Source: Utricularia gibba (Eukaryota; Plantae; Magnoliophyta). From it: a stretch of 64,000 nt of DNA. Of the stretch, positions 11,967-24,688 are shown in pieces. Made by a program: the position numbers and the translations under genes. The notes under the pieces are model-generated. The model saw nothing but the letters and a program-made list of their open reading frames with translations. It was not told the DNA's origin and ran no database searches. The first letter of the stretch is position 1. Each line of letters begins with the position of its first letter. The stretch lies in NCBI GenBank assembly GCA_002189035.1, contig CM007991.1, forward strand, positions 3,906,001-3,970,000, read 5' to 3'.

Positions 11967-12691
11967 ATGAGAATGAGCTGCAATGGCTGCAGAGTTCTTC
12001 GCAAAGCTTGTTCCGGTAGCTGCCTCCTCAAGACTTGCCTTCAGTGGATCCCCTCACCTGAATCTCAGGCGAACGCCACCGTCTTCCTCGCCAAGTTCTA
12101 TGGCCGCGCCGGCCTCCTAAACCTCATCAGCGCTGCCTCTCTCGAACACCGCCAAGGTTCAGAGTTTCATATTGAATGCGTTATCTGTGGTATACTTCTA
12201 ACTGTTGCCTTGTGGAATTCGACGCAGAGACATTCAGGTCTCTGTTGTACGAAGCTTGCGGGAGGGTGATCAATCCAGTGGATGGAGCTGTGGGGTTACT
12301 GACATCCGGGAACTGGGCGCTCTGCCAGGCGGCGGTCGACGCCGTGCTTCAGGGATCTCCGATCACGGCAAAGTTCACCGGCGAGGAGCGCTCCTTTAAC
12401 TGTGATGCAAAAGAGGGGCACCCCTTTCCCTACGGCGATATCCGTCGCATGAACAAAGTCCCCTCAGAGCTCCACCCCGTCAGGATCAGAAACCACTTTA
12501 AACTAACCCCGGAAGTGAAGAAGTTCACAATCACGGAGTGGGGACCCAAGGGAGAAGAGCTCTGTAGCAGCCTTCGATCGCAGATAAAGAGGGTCCCCAG
12601 CTCCGACGACTCCTTTTCCGTTGAAACCGTGGAGCCGTCGCTGCTCAATCCGTCATCTCCTCCAACGCTCGAGTTGACTTTGGGACCCTAG
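11967..12691 (+). CDS. LBD41: Class II LOB-domain transcription factor (LBD40/41/42-like); exons 11967-12156, 12228-12691
   Basis: [14 protein letters not shown]...[27 protein letters not shown], then [34 protein letters not shown] and C-terminal LELTLG. 71-nt GT-AG intron. Confidence 0.92.
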
Positions 12692-13559
12692 TTTAGTTAA
12701 TCACGCCCACCGTTTTTGATCCATGTATCCACCCCTCGAAACTAAAATAAATACCCTAATTTCCAATCTGATCTTCACATTACCCTCTTAAAGAGAGGGT
12801 TAAAAGATCTTTTTGAAAACTAATCATCATAACATTCTTTCTCACACGTCAATATCAAAATTTTACTATTTTTCACACATGATAACAATATGATTCTTAC
12901 TTTCAAAATCATCCACAGGGTTCAATGTCCCTGCCACCCTTAAAAAGAACATTATCATTTGCAATTAGTGAGACTCTGGGGCTTTAAAAAAGACGACTTT
13001 TTCCATCTAAATCGTAGCAAGACAGCACCCCAGTGCAGTTGCAAGACCTGTCAGAACTCGGGGGTTTTTAGCATAGTTGCAGTGAAGCAGGGGAGCTTGC
13101 AGCAGATGCCCGATGCTCTGCCAGTGGTTCCTTGCCCCGACCGCGCTTGGAGGAGGTAATGCGCCTCCCTCGAAAGTATCCAGCCGCGGTTTGTGCACGT
13201 AAATCCAAGAATCTGCTTTGGCACTCGTTTGGATGCAAGAGAAAGGGGGAGGAGTTTGGTAACAACTAACAACCTTGAAGTTTCTAGAAAAGGGAATCTT
13301 TCCTCAATTCAAAGGAACTGAATTTCTTTGTAATAAATAGATAGGGATAGACCTGGTGTGTACAAATAAATGAGGAATCTTACCATGATATCTATATTGT
13401 AAAGTGAAATTGGGGTGCTACCTTATATCCAAATCATAGCAAGGTAAGATATGTAAATCAATGAAAATGGTTTGAAATTTGATGCAATCATGAGTTTTTT
13501 TTTTTATGTTGGTATAAATATTTCATTATTTAATAGAAAGAATTTGATGAGATCATGGA

Positions 13560-14600
13560 TACTAAATGTAAGAAGAGTGAAGATGAATTAAATGAAACCA
13601 GTTATCCTTTGATAATTTCATTTAGTTTCATCACAAGATAAATATCATAAAAAAATCAAAAGATTTTTAAAGGATTATGGACCAATCAATCAAACTATAA
13701 AAAATATGACCTTGAATTCAATTTATTCAAAATGAATCAAATAAAGTAAAATTGGCTCATAAATTCCTAGTTTACTATTTGTATTTTTCTTTTGAATATA
13801 CTTATTTCTCTACTTATATAAAAAGAGTCTCAATTTTGTTGCTGAATAACTCTGGTAGTAATATATTTTAAAATCAATGGTCCTAGTCATAGTTCTTGTA
13901 GAATTAAATTTATCAAATTTTAAGTGTGGTGTCTAGTATGATTCATCACTCCCTTCTTATTCTTTGTTCTATGAGTATGACACCATTTATATATATTGGA
14001 TTGCAATAATATTCAATCATTGAGATCCAACTTATTTTTCTTAAAAGATTCAAGATCTCATTTGTTAAGCACTCCTTGTTTGGAGTATCATATCATAATT
14101 GTACCAATTAGTTATGGGGGAGCAATAAAGTCCCAACTAAAACTACCACCACCAAGATCTAGTTTGATGGACTCCAAAAAGAATACACAAGGAAAACTCA
14201 GAAGAGATCTGATAGAAGAACATGGAAGGTCCTGCCCCATAGGGCTTTAAGGATCTTGGTAGGAAGAAGCCTCCTGAGGGACAATATACCAGGGGTTCTG
14301 TTCGATAGCCTATGAAGTCATAACTTGTCATCCTAGAATTCATTTCAGGGGATGACAATCAGTTTTTTTTATCAAATGCAAAATATTGATGATTTTTTAT
14401 ATTCTTTAATTTTTTTTAATAAACAATATTCAAGATTATTTTTACATATGGATAAATTTAGGATTCATGGTCATGAATTCAATATTCGATGATATGAAAT
14501 TGATCGGGTCATCATTAAGCCCCGCCCCGACCCGGTAGTTTTAGAATCGGATCCTTAATGGATAAATCGGGTACATGTGAATGTGACAGCCGACCGGCAT
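13560..14600 (-). mobile_element. Decayed hAT-superfamily transposase fragment with ACCCG/CGGGT-type subterminal-like motifs
   Basis: The minus strand near 14000-14080 reads, with one frameshift, GVLTNEILNLLRKNKLDLND, resembling the hAT segment before the RGQ.YDN motif. CCCGACCCGG and ATCGGGT motifs occur at ~14485-14570. Confidence 0.35.
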
Positions 14601-14705
14601 TACATTAGATAAGTTTAAATTATTAAATTAGGTTTACAAAACCCACTATTGTATAACAGTGGTATCTTTAGGGTTGCCAAAAATAGTAAGTAGTGCACAG
14701 TGGAA

Positions 14706-15774
14706 TCAAGTTGCCAATTCTCTCTTCACGAACCTCCCTTTCATTCTTGGTCTGTTGTCGGCGTTCACTTTTCGGACCGCGTACCTTATTCGCTTCGAAA
14801 ACAGCCTCGTTCGCCGCTTGTCTCTATACCTCGACACCCTTGCGCCTCTCTCGGCGTCGGAACGAGTGGCCGCCGGGTGTCCAGTCATCATTCCGATGGG
14901 TCCGTCGGTGTGGGTCTTCCCACAGGAGCCCTGAAATCGAATCGGAAATTGGCTGATGCGCAGACCCAATCTCATTCATGCATTTGGATAGCAAGTGCGT
15001 AAAATTACTGCGGTGGTGCATTTGGTTTCACTCAACTAGACTCACACGTACCGTGCAGTTCAGGAGCCAGCAGTCGCCGGAATTAAAGTCCGGCCGTTTA
15101 CCGGTCATCCACGGAGATTTCTCGTCGTCCCACTCTCGTAAAACTCTTTCGAAGTTCAGGTTCAAAAAAGTGTTGCTCGGAGTTAGCTCCATTTTAGTCC
15201 CGTGATCCTTAAATTCCTCGGCATTTTGATGATGAGAGAGCATTTCGCATTCGAAGATCCCAATTTCCTCCATTTCAAACTTCTCATTGCCAAGCAAGCT
15301 CTCCACATCCGCCGCGAACTCCGCCACATCGATGTCCGACGCCATGAATTCATCGAAAAGCGTCTCCTCCTCCCCACTCGGATTCGGCGAATTGGAGAAT
15401 TGTTCGACAAGGGGATGCATTGTCGGAACTCGATAAAGCCCGTGTTCATCATCCACAGATTTGTCCTCGCTACTGGACTCCGGAACCAGGTGAAGCGGAT
15501 ACCAAGTAGCTGCAATCCCTGAGACGCCCCTCTTCTGCCGCGGACTCCTAGCTTTCCGAGCAGCATTTCGGTGCCACACCGGAACACGTGTCTCCCACCC
15601 ACTTGCCGATTTCAAACGAACCCTTTGGTGCCGCCGCGCCAAAGTGTTCGCACTGTGGACGGAAAAATCACAAGACTGGCATAGAAACGCATCATCCCCG
15701 GCACAGAACCACCGCGCCCCATTCCGGGCACAGTAGTCGCATACCCTCTTTGCCATCCTCCCGATCGCCACCAT
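14706..15774 (-). CDS. COL16: CONSTANS-like B-box + CCT protein, group III (COL16/BBX14-15-like); exons 15774-15052, 14930-14706
   Basis: Single B-box [39 protein letters not shown] and CCT domain [40 protein letters not shown]. Phase-0 intron ACG|GTACGT...TTTCAG|GGC. First ATG is at 15774. Confidence 0.92.
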
Positions 15775-18595
15775 ACGACGAGATATTTTCACAAAAACAG
15801 GATGACTATTTAACCATTCCTGGTAACCAGTGGCCCACGTGAGAGCACTTTTGCCCTTCAGTTAGCAGCGCTTTTTCCCCTTATCTGAAACGCGATTTGC
15901 TCCGGGACGAAAAATCCCAAACGCTGGAATCCCATTGGCTCCAGCTTCCGATGACGGATTTCTCGTGAGATAGTTATCGAGATATGTTTTCAAAAGGCAT
16001 CTATCCTTACGGACAAGTGGCTCTGCTTCGGGTCTACTGGTTTTAATGAAGCGCGCTCGCCTGTCATAACACAACGCCCTTGAACAGCTTCGCTGTTAGA
16101 TTCTTACACACAAGGAACAGAAAGCAAGAGGGATGTCTGTTTTGGATAAGAATTCTTAGATTTGCCACGTGTTACACTAAAAAATTAAATATATGATAAT
16201 ATCTCATGGTCTCCACTTGGGATGTTGTTAGGATAATATCTATTTATCTGCTAATTTTTATATTAATATTAAATATAGCTCAACTTGGAGTATAAAAATA
16301 ATAATTGATTTTTATAATATTTATTTAATAATATTTTTTTCAATGAGTATAATATATAATTTATTTATCAAAATCAATTATTAAAAAACAATTATGCATA
16401 AGAAGTTATATATTCATGTTTGATGATAACGTAAATTGATATGAGACATGGAAAAGGTAAAAACAACCAAATAGGGTCACAAGTCACATAGTTCTTGAGG
16501 AAAATTGGATTTGATGTGAACACTAAATCGAAAACCTAATGAATTGGAAGGAGACTACATAATCGGCCATGAAAGGTGAATCGCTATAAAAACTTAAATC
16601 GGTTGCTAAATGGAGTAGAAGAAAAACCGATCTACAGGCCCTGAATCGGCTTGCAAGTACAAATCAAACCAAGATAACTAATAAACCAGACACATTCCTT
16701 AAAAAGATAGTGTTAGACCTATGTTACTCTATGACAGATTGAAAAGCAGCAGATCAATAGAAATTTAGAACAAACGTTAGTTATATGTCATCAGGACCAC
16801 AAATGAGATTAAACATATCTTATTAGACACATAAAATAACTAACTTTTTTAGAATCGATCAATCAGGATACCTCTATAAATAAAAGTCCAACACAAAAGA
16901 AATACATTATGAATTCAATGCATAGTTTGTAATCATCTTCTTTTCACTCTAGTAAAACAAACTTTGTCAATGAACTCTTCAAATTTCGTGGTTTTCTATC
17001 ATGACATTTTCCACATATAAATCTATAGTCTTACTTATCGTTTTTATCATCATCACAAATCGATCCTAAATCATCAAATCGGATACAAAAACATCGATTT
17101 AATCCCAAAAATAGAATATTTCTCATTTATTGATTTTCGACCACAACAATGTTTCTTATAGAAGTAATTATCAAAAATTAATTTTAATAGAAGAGAATCA
17201 AATACATATTTGGAAGTTAGAAAAAATTCTACAAAAATAAAATTATTTTTAGTAAAATAGAATTGATTTCAAAACTTATATTTAGATTCTTACTTGGAGG
17301 TATAAGAACTTACAAAAGCCATGAAGATTAAAAAACTGAAAACTGTCACAAGAAATCTTCTATGTAGTGTAAGGTGATTATTAATGCATTCTAGTGCACT
17401 TTTTAGGTGCTTGAACCTTATTTTTAATGTCCACCATATCTGTTTCAGTGCTCTTATTTTAAGCTTCTTTCAGCTCTAGTTCTATCACTCATTTCACATG
17501 ATGTTGCTCCATTTTTACCCTTGTCATGGAGTGGCTTTTACCCCATGATACATGTATTGCACCATGTCTACTTACATTTCAGAAAAGTGGTCATTGTACA
17601 TTTATCTTTCACATATTTCGATCAATTTTTTACATCTATGGTGTTCACTTTTCTCAACAATTAGATTAGTGTGACCATTTTTCTAATACATACCACATAA
17701 AATACGTCTATTATTATTGTTCTGATTATATTGGGCCAACCTTTACTCGGGCTCACCTTATTGGGCTTATACACGGAAAAATAGATGGCCCATCCTTGTG
17801 ATCATTTGAGATTGGCAGACGAGTCGAACAAACTAATCAGTATTTTAAATGATTTTTTTTTTCGACTACAGACACAAATTAACAAAAAAATAATAAAATA
17901 ATATTATCGAATCACAGTCAGATCTGATCCTGGGTTGTAGATAGGGTATCGATACCTTCTTCGAATCCAATAATCGGAAACTAAAAATTGGTTAAAATGT
18001 TATTTCTAATAACACGTGTATTTTTCGCGAAGCTCGATTTGGGCAATTTCCTTTATTCGACGAATCCTATAAAAAGTAGCGTCGTGCATTGGAGTTTGCC
18101 TTAGCTGCATTAAAAAAACAAAACAAAAACTGGAATTGAATGAAAAGGAGGCGTACTTTAGCAAAGCCTCGTACGTATCGAGGAGCGTGTCGGGAGCGGA
18201 TGCCGTGTCGCTGGTGTCTGAAGTAAAGATGTCCACTTGCCGGCTCGATGGATGGGAGGGAGCCGGACAGGTTTTGGTTCATGGGAAAGGTAAGTCACGG
18301 GATTTGGTTTGGTTAGATTTTATTCATTTAGAGATAAACTAAAAAAAAAAAGATGGTTGTTTTTATTATTATTTTTTAATACTTTAAATCACCGTCTCGC
18401 ACGCCGAGGACTGGTACGGGCGCTAGGAGTCAAGAAAACCAACATTTAAAAACTAAAGAATTTGTAGACCACGGCGGCGCCGGCGACCGCGACAGAAGCG
18501 CTTTACTACAAGGAATAGACCGGGCACCAAGACGGCGCCGGCATCACATAACTCAGTATCCATCTACGCACTGCAAAAATTTATGAATCTCTTGG

Positions 18596-19501
18596 CTAGA
18601 CAAGGACGCAAGCTCCTCCTCCACTGCTGATCCCTGGAACCGGGTTTATGTCCATCCAGTCCATGAAACACTCATCGAGATCGAAATCGAAATCCGGCAA
18701 CGAACTCCCGATTTCCGTCCCGTGAAACCCGCTAAGGGGTAGACCGTCAAGGGCATTGCCTTCTTCACCAAATCCATCAAGTTCCAGTAGGGATTGCAGC
18801 CCCAGGTCTAAATCGAAGTCTCCGGCGATGAACGCCATCAGCTCCTCATCTACCGGAAGCGCCGCCAATGGCGCTTCGTTGCACATTTTCGGTGATTCCA
18901 TTTCATGACCCAAAGACGAAGGTGAAGTGTGTGACGACTCCTGCGACCCAGTAGTCTCGCTCTCTGAAGAAATTTCCGAAACCGAAACCGCGAAATCGAC
19001 GTTCTGCTTCGTTTCAGGGGAGCAGCCACCGTTGATCAACGATTCGAATTCCATTCGTTTAGCTTCGTAAGCGTTCGATGCTTCCTGGGGAGTGTTGTAA
19101 GTTCCTAACCAGACTCGTTTTCGCTGAATCGGGTCACGGATCTCTGCAGCCCATTTCCCCCATCTTCGTTGACGAACACCTCTGTATTTTCCTCCGACAC
19201 CTGGTTTAGCTTCAAGTAAGGGAAGTGGTTTCTTCAGGTGTTGTTTTTCCACAAAGTTATTGTCCTGATCTGAGGGTTCAGTTTCAGCAGGAGTTGATAA
19301 GCAAACTTCGTGGATAATAACAGCTTTTGATTTCCTCTGGGTGTGTGGTTCTTCGTCATCAGAGGAATCATCTGTGGCATATGGGTCAGAACAGATAACT
19401 CGGAGTTTCTTCAAGGAAACTACACCGGATTCATGGTGGCTACTCCTCTTAAAGCTCTGTGTCTCGTTGAGCACAGAACCTGGGTTTCCAAACCGCAGCA
19501 T
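18596..19501 (-). CDS. AP2/ERF cytokinin response factor, CRF10/11/12 (ERF118-like) clade
   Basis: CRF domain [20 protein letters not shown] plus AP2 domain [20 protein letters not shown]...[15 protein letters not shown]. Intronless ORF, 301 aa. Confidence 0.93.
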   Translation of the reverse strand: MLRFGNPGSVLNETQSFKRSSHHESGVVSLKKLRVICSDPYATDDSSDDEEPHTQRKSKAVIIHEVCLSTPAETEPSDQDNNFVEKQHLKKPLPLLEAKPGVGGKYRGVRQRRWGKWAAEIRDPIQRKRVWLGTYNTPQEASNAYEAKRMEFESLINGGCSPETKQNVDFAVSVSEISSESETTGSQESSHTSPSSLGHEMESPKMCNEAPLAALPVDEELMAFIAGDFDLDLGLQSLLELDGFGEEGNALDGLPLSGFHGTEIGSSLPDFDFDLDECFMDWMDINPVPGISSGGGACVLV

Positions 19502-21027
19502 CCTAACGAAGAACAGTGGGTCAGTTACACGATAAACCCCGGAACACGTACCGCAGCAACAAATACAAGCAGATCAAAGCGTATATGAATAGCTAAAACA
19601 TCAGTTTCGTGAAAGAATATTTCTTTACCTTCTGGGCACAAAGGCAGCGAAAGAGTCGAAGACGAAGGAGAGGAGAAGGTGCTCTGCTGAGAAAGGCAGC
19701 AGAGAGATTCTGATATGGGATGAGAAGCAGATGAGGGAGAAGAAGAAGGTGCGTATTGGGGAACAGAGGAGGCTCAATGGAGTTCCCCTGCCGACAGAAA
19801 AAACAGCTCTTCCCAATACACACCCCCACGAAACTCCACTTCCCCTTCGTCTCCCTTCACATTGACATGGGAGACAAAGCCAAAACGAAGCTAGCTCTCT
19901 GTCATAATCAAATCAGTACAACCCAGAAAAAAGGATTAGAAATCAATGGTTAGGATTCCTGAAAGTATGACATAATATCAGAAAAGTCATCAAAAGCACA
20001 GACGAACAGCGAAAGTGGACCTCCTCTAATACCCAGAGAAACAAATATCTTACGCTCTTTACTCCTTGCACAAAAGTGGGCTACACTACAACCAAACGCA
20101 TCTCTTTATACAAGAATTTCTTCGTACTCACAGACAACAGACAGGCTCCCCATTGACCGATCAACACACCCTCAGGAACAACACATTTTTTAAAAACCCA
20201 TTGAACAAATTCCAAGGTCACCCAAGGAAAGAAACATCATGCGTCGCATCGAACACATCAAAAAACCTACGGAAACAAAATTAAACACTCTCCCCTCCGC
20301 CATTACCGTTATCTTCTTCTTCCCCCACCCTACTGCTCTTCTACGGCGGTGAAAAACCAGTTTCCTACTGCGTATAAATACACCCTTCCGTATACGGAAG
20401 GGGTAAGTTTCATGAAAAGGCATGATGAGCTGGCACCCACCGACCACAGTTCATCAGCATGGCCATACATACATACATACATACACATCCGTCCCCAATC
20501 TTCACGCGACCTACCAGAGCGTGACCATCACGCCCAAGACATCTGTATGGCGCGTGGAGCGCGGCGACTGAACGCTGTTCGTGGTATCGTAGCCAACGAA
20601 TGCTGAACCGGCGTGGTTGCCGTTGGGCGTTTGTGACTTTTCCGCTGATTACCCCTAATCCTTAACATTCGCCCTCGTGTTGCCACGATATTACGGTACT
20701 GCCACTCATTAGAAAAATAAATAAACTAATAATTTATTTATAATATTGGACCTTTTTTTATTGAATAAAATTTTTGAATTGCTAATGGTTTTGAAGGGCA
20801 GAAAGGAATCTGCATATTTTTCCGTACACAGATTGCCTTTTATGCTCCTCATTTATATGGTAAGCAATCTCTATTTTCCGTACAATATAAATTTTGAATT
20901 AATATCTGCATTTACAATAATTATGAAAATTTCTTTATTATTTTCAAATAATATTCAAATTTAAATTTTCTGGGTATGGAAGCGCAGTGGCGATAGCGGG
21001 GTGGCGGCAGGGCAGCCGCTAAGATAT

Positions 21028-21160
21028 CACGTGATGGATGCAGATCGAACGACACGTAGTCCGCCACGTGGAATTTCCTGGCAAGTGTGCGGCATTAATA
21101 AGGGACGGTACGGCCCGCCGAGTCACCGTTACGTGGAGGTTTATCTGCTATGGACACGTG
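21028..21160. promoter_or_regulatory. Cluster of five ACGT-core (G-box/ABRE-like) elements in a GC-rich island upstream of the CRF gene
   Basis: CACGTG at 21028, ACACGTA at ~21052, CCACGTGG at 21064, TACGTGG at 21130 and GACACGTG at 21153. Confidence 0.5.
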
Positions 21161-23929
21161 CCTTTTAGCGAATAAAAATAAAGTTGATTCCCTTGTAAAA
21201 AAAAAGGGAGGAATAAAAATGCGATTAATGCATTTGAAAATTAAGTAAGTGTGCATTTATATTCCGCTCCCTTGGATACTGGTCTTGGAACATACATAAA
21301 CTTGTCTAATGTTCATTTTGACTAAGTATTATTTTTTAAAATATTTAAACACTGTTTTATACTAAAAAAATTCATGTGAATTTTAACTGCAAAACTGAAA
21401 TATAATAATACGCATATTGATTATTTCTACTAAGTGTATTAAAATAAAAAAAAATTCATGCATTAATTTCAATAAAATCTATATTTTAAAATACTCATGG
21501 CTACCCTTAACCATTCTAATTTCAATACAATTTAGCATTTGTCATATGACTCCTATATTACATGGGAATCAATACGGAATACAACAATTATGAAATATGT
21601 AAAATAATATGGTTAATTAATAAAATATTTTATAAATTTTTTAGTTCAATAATAAATTGATTTCTAAAGCTCATATATCATATTAAATCATTTTACAAGT
21701 TCAAAAACTTCATATTTCATACATTTGTAGGAAATGATGTTTTCAAGTATTGTGTATTTCACATCCTAATCTGATGAAATAAAATTCTGATTTAATGAAT
21801 AAGTTTTGACTATTTAATTATTCTTTCAAATATCATACCTTTTGGAATAAGAGAGAACTGAATATGCAACCTCAAACCTCAAGGTATGCATGCTTACCAA
21901 ATAGGCTACCATAACATTGTATTTTTTTTATATGTATTCAATATATATATATATAATTTCCAAGTATTATAATAAATGATAAATCATTTAATCGATTGAG
22001 TTTAATATTTAATAATGTTATTCATCTTAGTTGTATAATTGGATTTCATATGTGCTCGATTGTTACTTCATATTCTAAATTTTAACACCAATGTCATAAC
22101 AGTGTGGCACTTATCAAAAATTTCATAATATCATGTATTTAAGTCCCAACACTAATGAGGCTTAAGTTACAATATATGTTTTTGGAATTGTCGCAATATT
22201 ATATATAAAATTATTTTTTTATAATATAATTTCAACTTTATTTCACATCCAACAAATTAAAACGTATTACCAAATAAACAAAATGGTTTTTTATAGGATG
22301 AGTTGGAGTGAGTCAAAGCAAGGGTTTGATGATGTGGGAGAGTGGGTGGGCTGCCCGTCCCCATCCCTGCGTAGGAGCAGCAGGCAGCCACATGCTCGTG
22401 GCCACCGGCGCTGTTTTTGGCGTGAAAACGACGGCACCCCATCTCTCAAAAGAGACGGGTGTCGGGGGACAGGGGCGATGTACCGAATCCCCGCTTTCAC
22501 ACCTGTAAAAGATTTCCCAAAACCTTTTTTCTTCGCCGCAATGGTGATGCTTATCAGCAGCAGCCCTGTATTGTGTTTGGCACTCCGATGAGGAGGATCT
22601 GAGGCACGCTGTTTCCTCCCCACACCAGCCACAGGCCAAGTGTCTTTTCTCTATTGGAATCATCAAAATAAAGAAACACGAGGACTGTGTTGTATTGCTT
22701 GAGTTCCTGATTCGGGAAAATGAAAACAGTAAAATACCACAACTCACAACACCAACACTGTGAGAGTATGTAGTACGTATTGAAATTTAGAATTGGATAA
22801 ATCATAAAATTATACATGAAAGTATACGTGAATACCAAATATATAATAAATGTAAATCATATTAAAAAATTAAATACAATCAATTATTAATAATCTATAA
22901 TTATTTCATTTTCATTTTATTGTATATTTTAATAATACCGACATCCTATCTACAAGGAAGAACAGTTCCGGGTTGCCAATGGATCGGTGAAGATGGATCC
23001 GTATATACACCCACCCAGTAGGTAGACAAGTGAATTGTCATTGGATTGTCACCTGATTTCCCAACAAGTAACACGTGATGAATATCATCTCTTTGTTAGA
23101 GATTAGACTTAAAAAACGTGACTATTTGTTGTTTTTTAAAATAATTTTATGTAAATAAACATGTATTATATAATTCAATTGAGGTATATTTGACAAATAA
23201 GGCTTGTTTTGTTTTATTAATTTTTTGAAATGAAAAATATTAAATAAAAGATTAATTATAAAAATTATATTACTTAATTTTTATCTATTTTAAAAACATA
23301 TTATATTATAATATTAAATTACATAATAATTTAATATATATTTTTATTTTATTAAATTTTTATAATATGATTTTATTTTATCTCATAAATACTTTTACAA
23401 TCCATTATGTTCCCATAATTTTAAAATTGATTATATTTTACATACTAATTTCATATATTTTAGGCATAATTGATTGAAATCTATTAAAAATTGAATAAAA
23501 AGTAATTAAATTTAATAACTCAGAAGGAGTGAGGTGGCGGTCCGTCACATGCGCAGTAAATGGTTGTGGGCCTGGGCCGATACCCAAACCTAAAACTCTC
23601 AGTCAGTGAGTCAGTCGCGACGGTGTGGATGGACTCTGTCGGTCGGTCATGACTGAGCCCATGACAGAGCAGACTGGAACTTCCAGTGGTCCCCACCTCC
23701 GGACTCCAAATGAGGCATTCAAATCCCATTCATCACACACTTCTAAAATCCATTCCCGATGTTGGGTTTACACGTCAACCGTAAAAAGTGCAGCCCTAGC
23801 TCCTCCCCCGCCCGCTGTTATGGCCCCCCAGTATTCCCCCACGTCACTTTCGCCGCCCCCGATGTCGTTTTTTCCTCCGCTTCCGACTATAAATTCGTCG
23901 CCCGTTTCCTATTCTTGCTCCGTTCGGAG

Positions 23930-24445
23930 ATGGAAGAGTCGGACGGGGCAAGGAAGCGGGTACGGGATTATGATGACTGTTTGGGAGACACAGCGGTGAA
24001 GAGGTTGAAGGAGGACCTCCTCGATAACTCCGTCGACGATTATTATGCCTCAACCACGGCGGAGGATGATCTGGTCTCGTTTATGAAGAGATTCGAGGAG
24101 GAGATATCGGGATCCGTGGTTGCGGAGGATGGAGAAGCCTCCGCACCGGATCCGCGTGAGTTTTCCACCAATCTCGGTTACTTGTTGAAGGCATCAGACG
24201 ATGATCTCGGCATTCCGGCGGCTCCCGAGGCCGTTGTTGTGGCGGAGGAGGAAGTAGGTTCCGCAACGGAGTCCATTCCGTGGGAACTGAACCCGTTTGA
24301 GCCGGATTACGGTGACACGAGCAGTTTTTGGTTTCTGGAACTGGATAACGGTGACGGGGAGTGTGTGCGCTGTTTTGAGCAATCGGATCTCGGGTTTGGA
24401 TCCGAGGAATGCTCATTCAGACCCGGAAGTCTGTGGGCAGAATAG
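23930..24445 (+). CDS. Uncharacterised acidic plant protein (At1g13360/At3g25870-like family, recalled), intronless, 171 aa
   Basis: TATAAAT at 23888, then ATG at 23930. Motifs RKRVRD, VKRLKEDLL, DLVSFMKRFEEEI, LGYLLKASDDDLGIP and C-terminal FRPGSL. Confidence 0.8.
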   Translation: MEESDGARKRVRDYDDCLGDTAVKRLKEDLLDNSVDDYYASTTAEDDLVSFMKRFEEEISGSVVAEDGEASAPDPREFSTNLGYLLKASDDDLGIPAAPEAVVVAEEEVGSATESIPWELNPFEPDYGDTSSFWFLELDNGDGECVRCFEQSDLGFGSEECSFRPGSLWAE

Positions 24446-24688
24446 TAATTAACATCAGTTACGTAGACCCTGTTTCCCCCCTAGTTGCTGTAATATGCCT
24501 CTTTTGTCGTGCGTTTGACAAAAACGTCATTCAAATGCAAATGACTCGCACGCTCTCGTGCGTTTCCGGTCGACCGTTAAATACAGGCACACGCCGAAGA
24601 GGCACCCGTGCAGCAAAGAGTATATTTATTTTCCGACAAAGAAATAAAAGGTTTGGTTAATTCGGTGCCAAAAATGAAGGGCCGGAGT

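Noticed and set aside
12950-13440. Solo LTR or gene fragment (overlapping 63-73 aa ORFs)
   Set aside because: No TG..CA ends, TSD, PBS or recognisable peptide.
16400-17760. Transposon remnant in the COL-CRF spacer
   Set aside because: No diagnostic motif or terminal repeat could be read.
22285-22340. snRNA gene (USE-like element + TATA on the minus strand)
   Set aside because: The USE is imperfect, and the downstream sequence matches no U1, U2, U4 or U5 5' end I know. It is kept only as a note in the island finding.
22448-22500. CLE-like KRRVSGDRGDVPNPRFH
   Set aside because: Wrong spacing for the 12-aa motif, and no ATG or signal peptide in frame.
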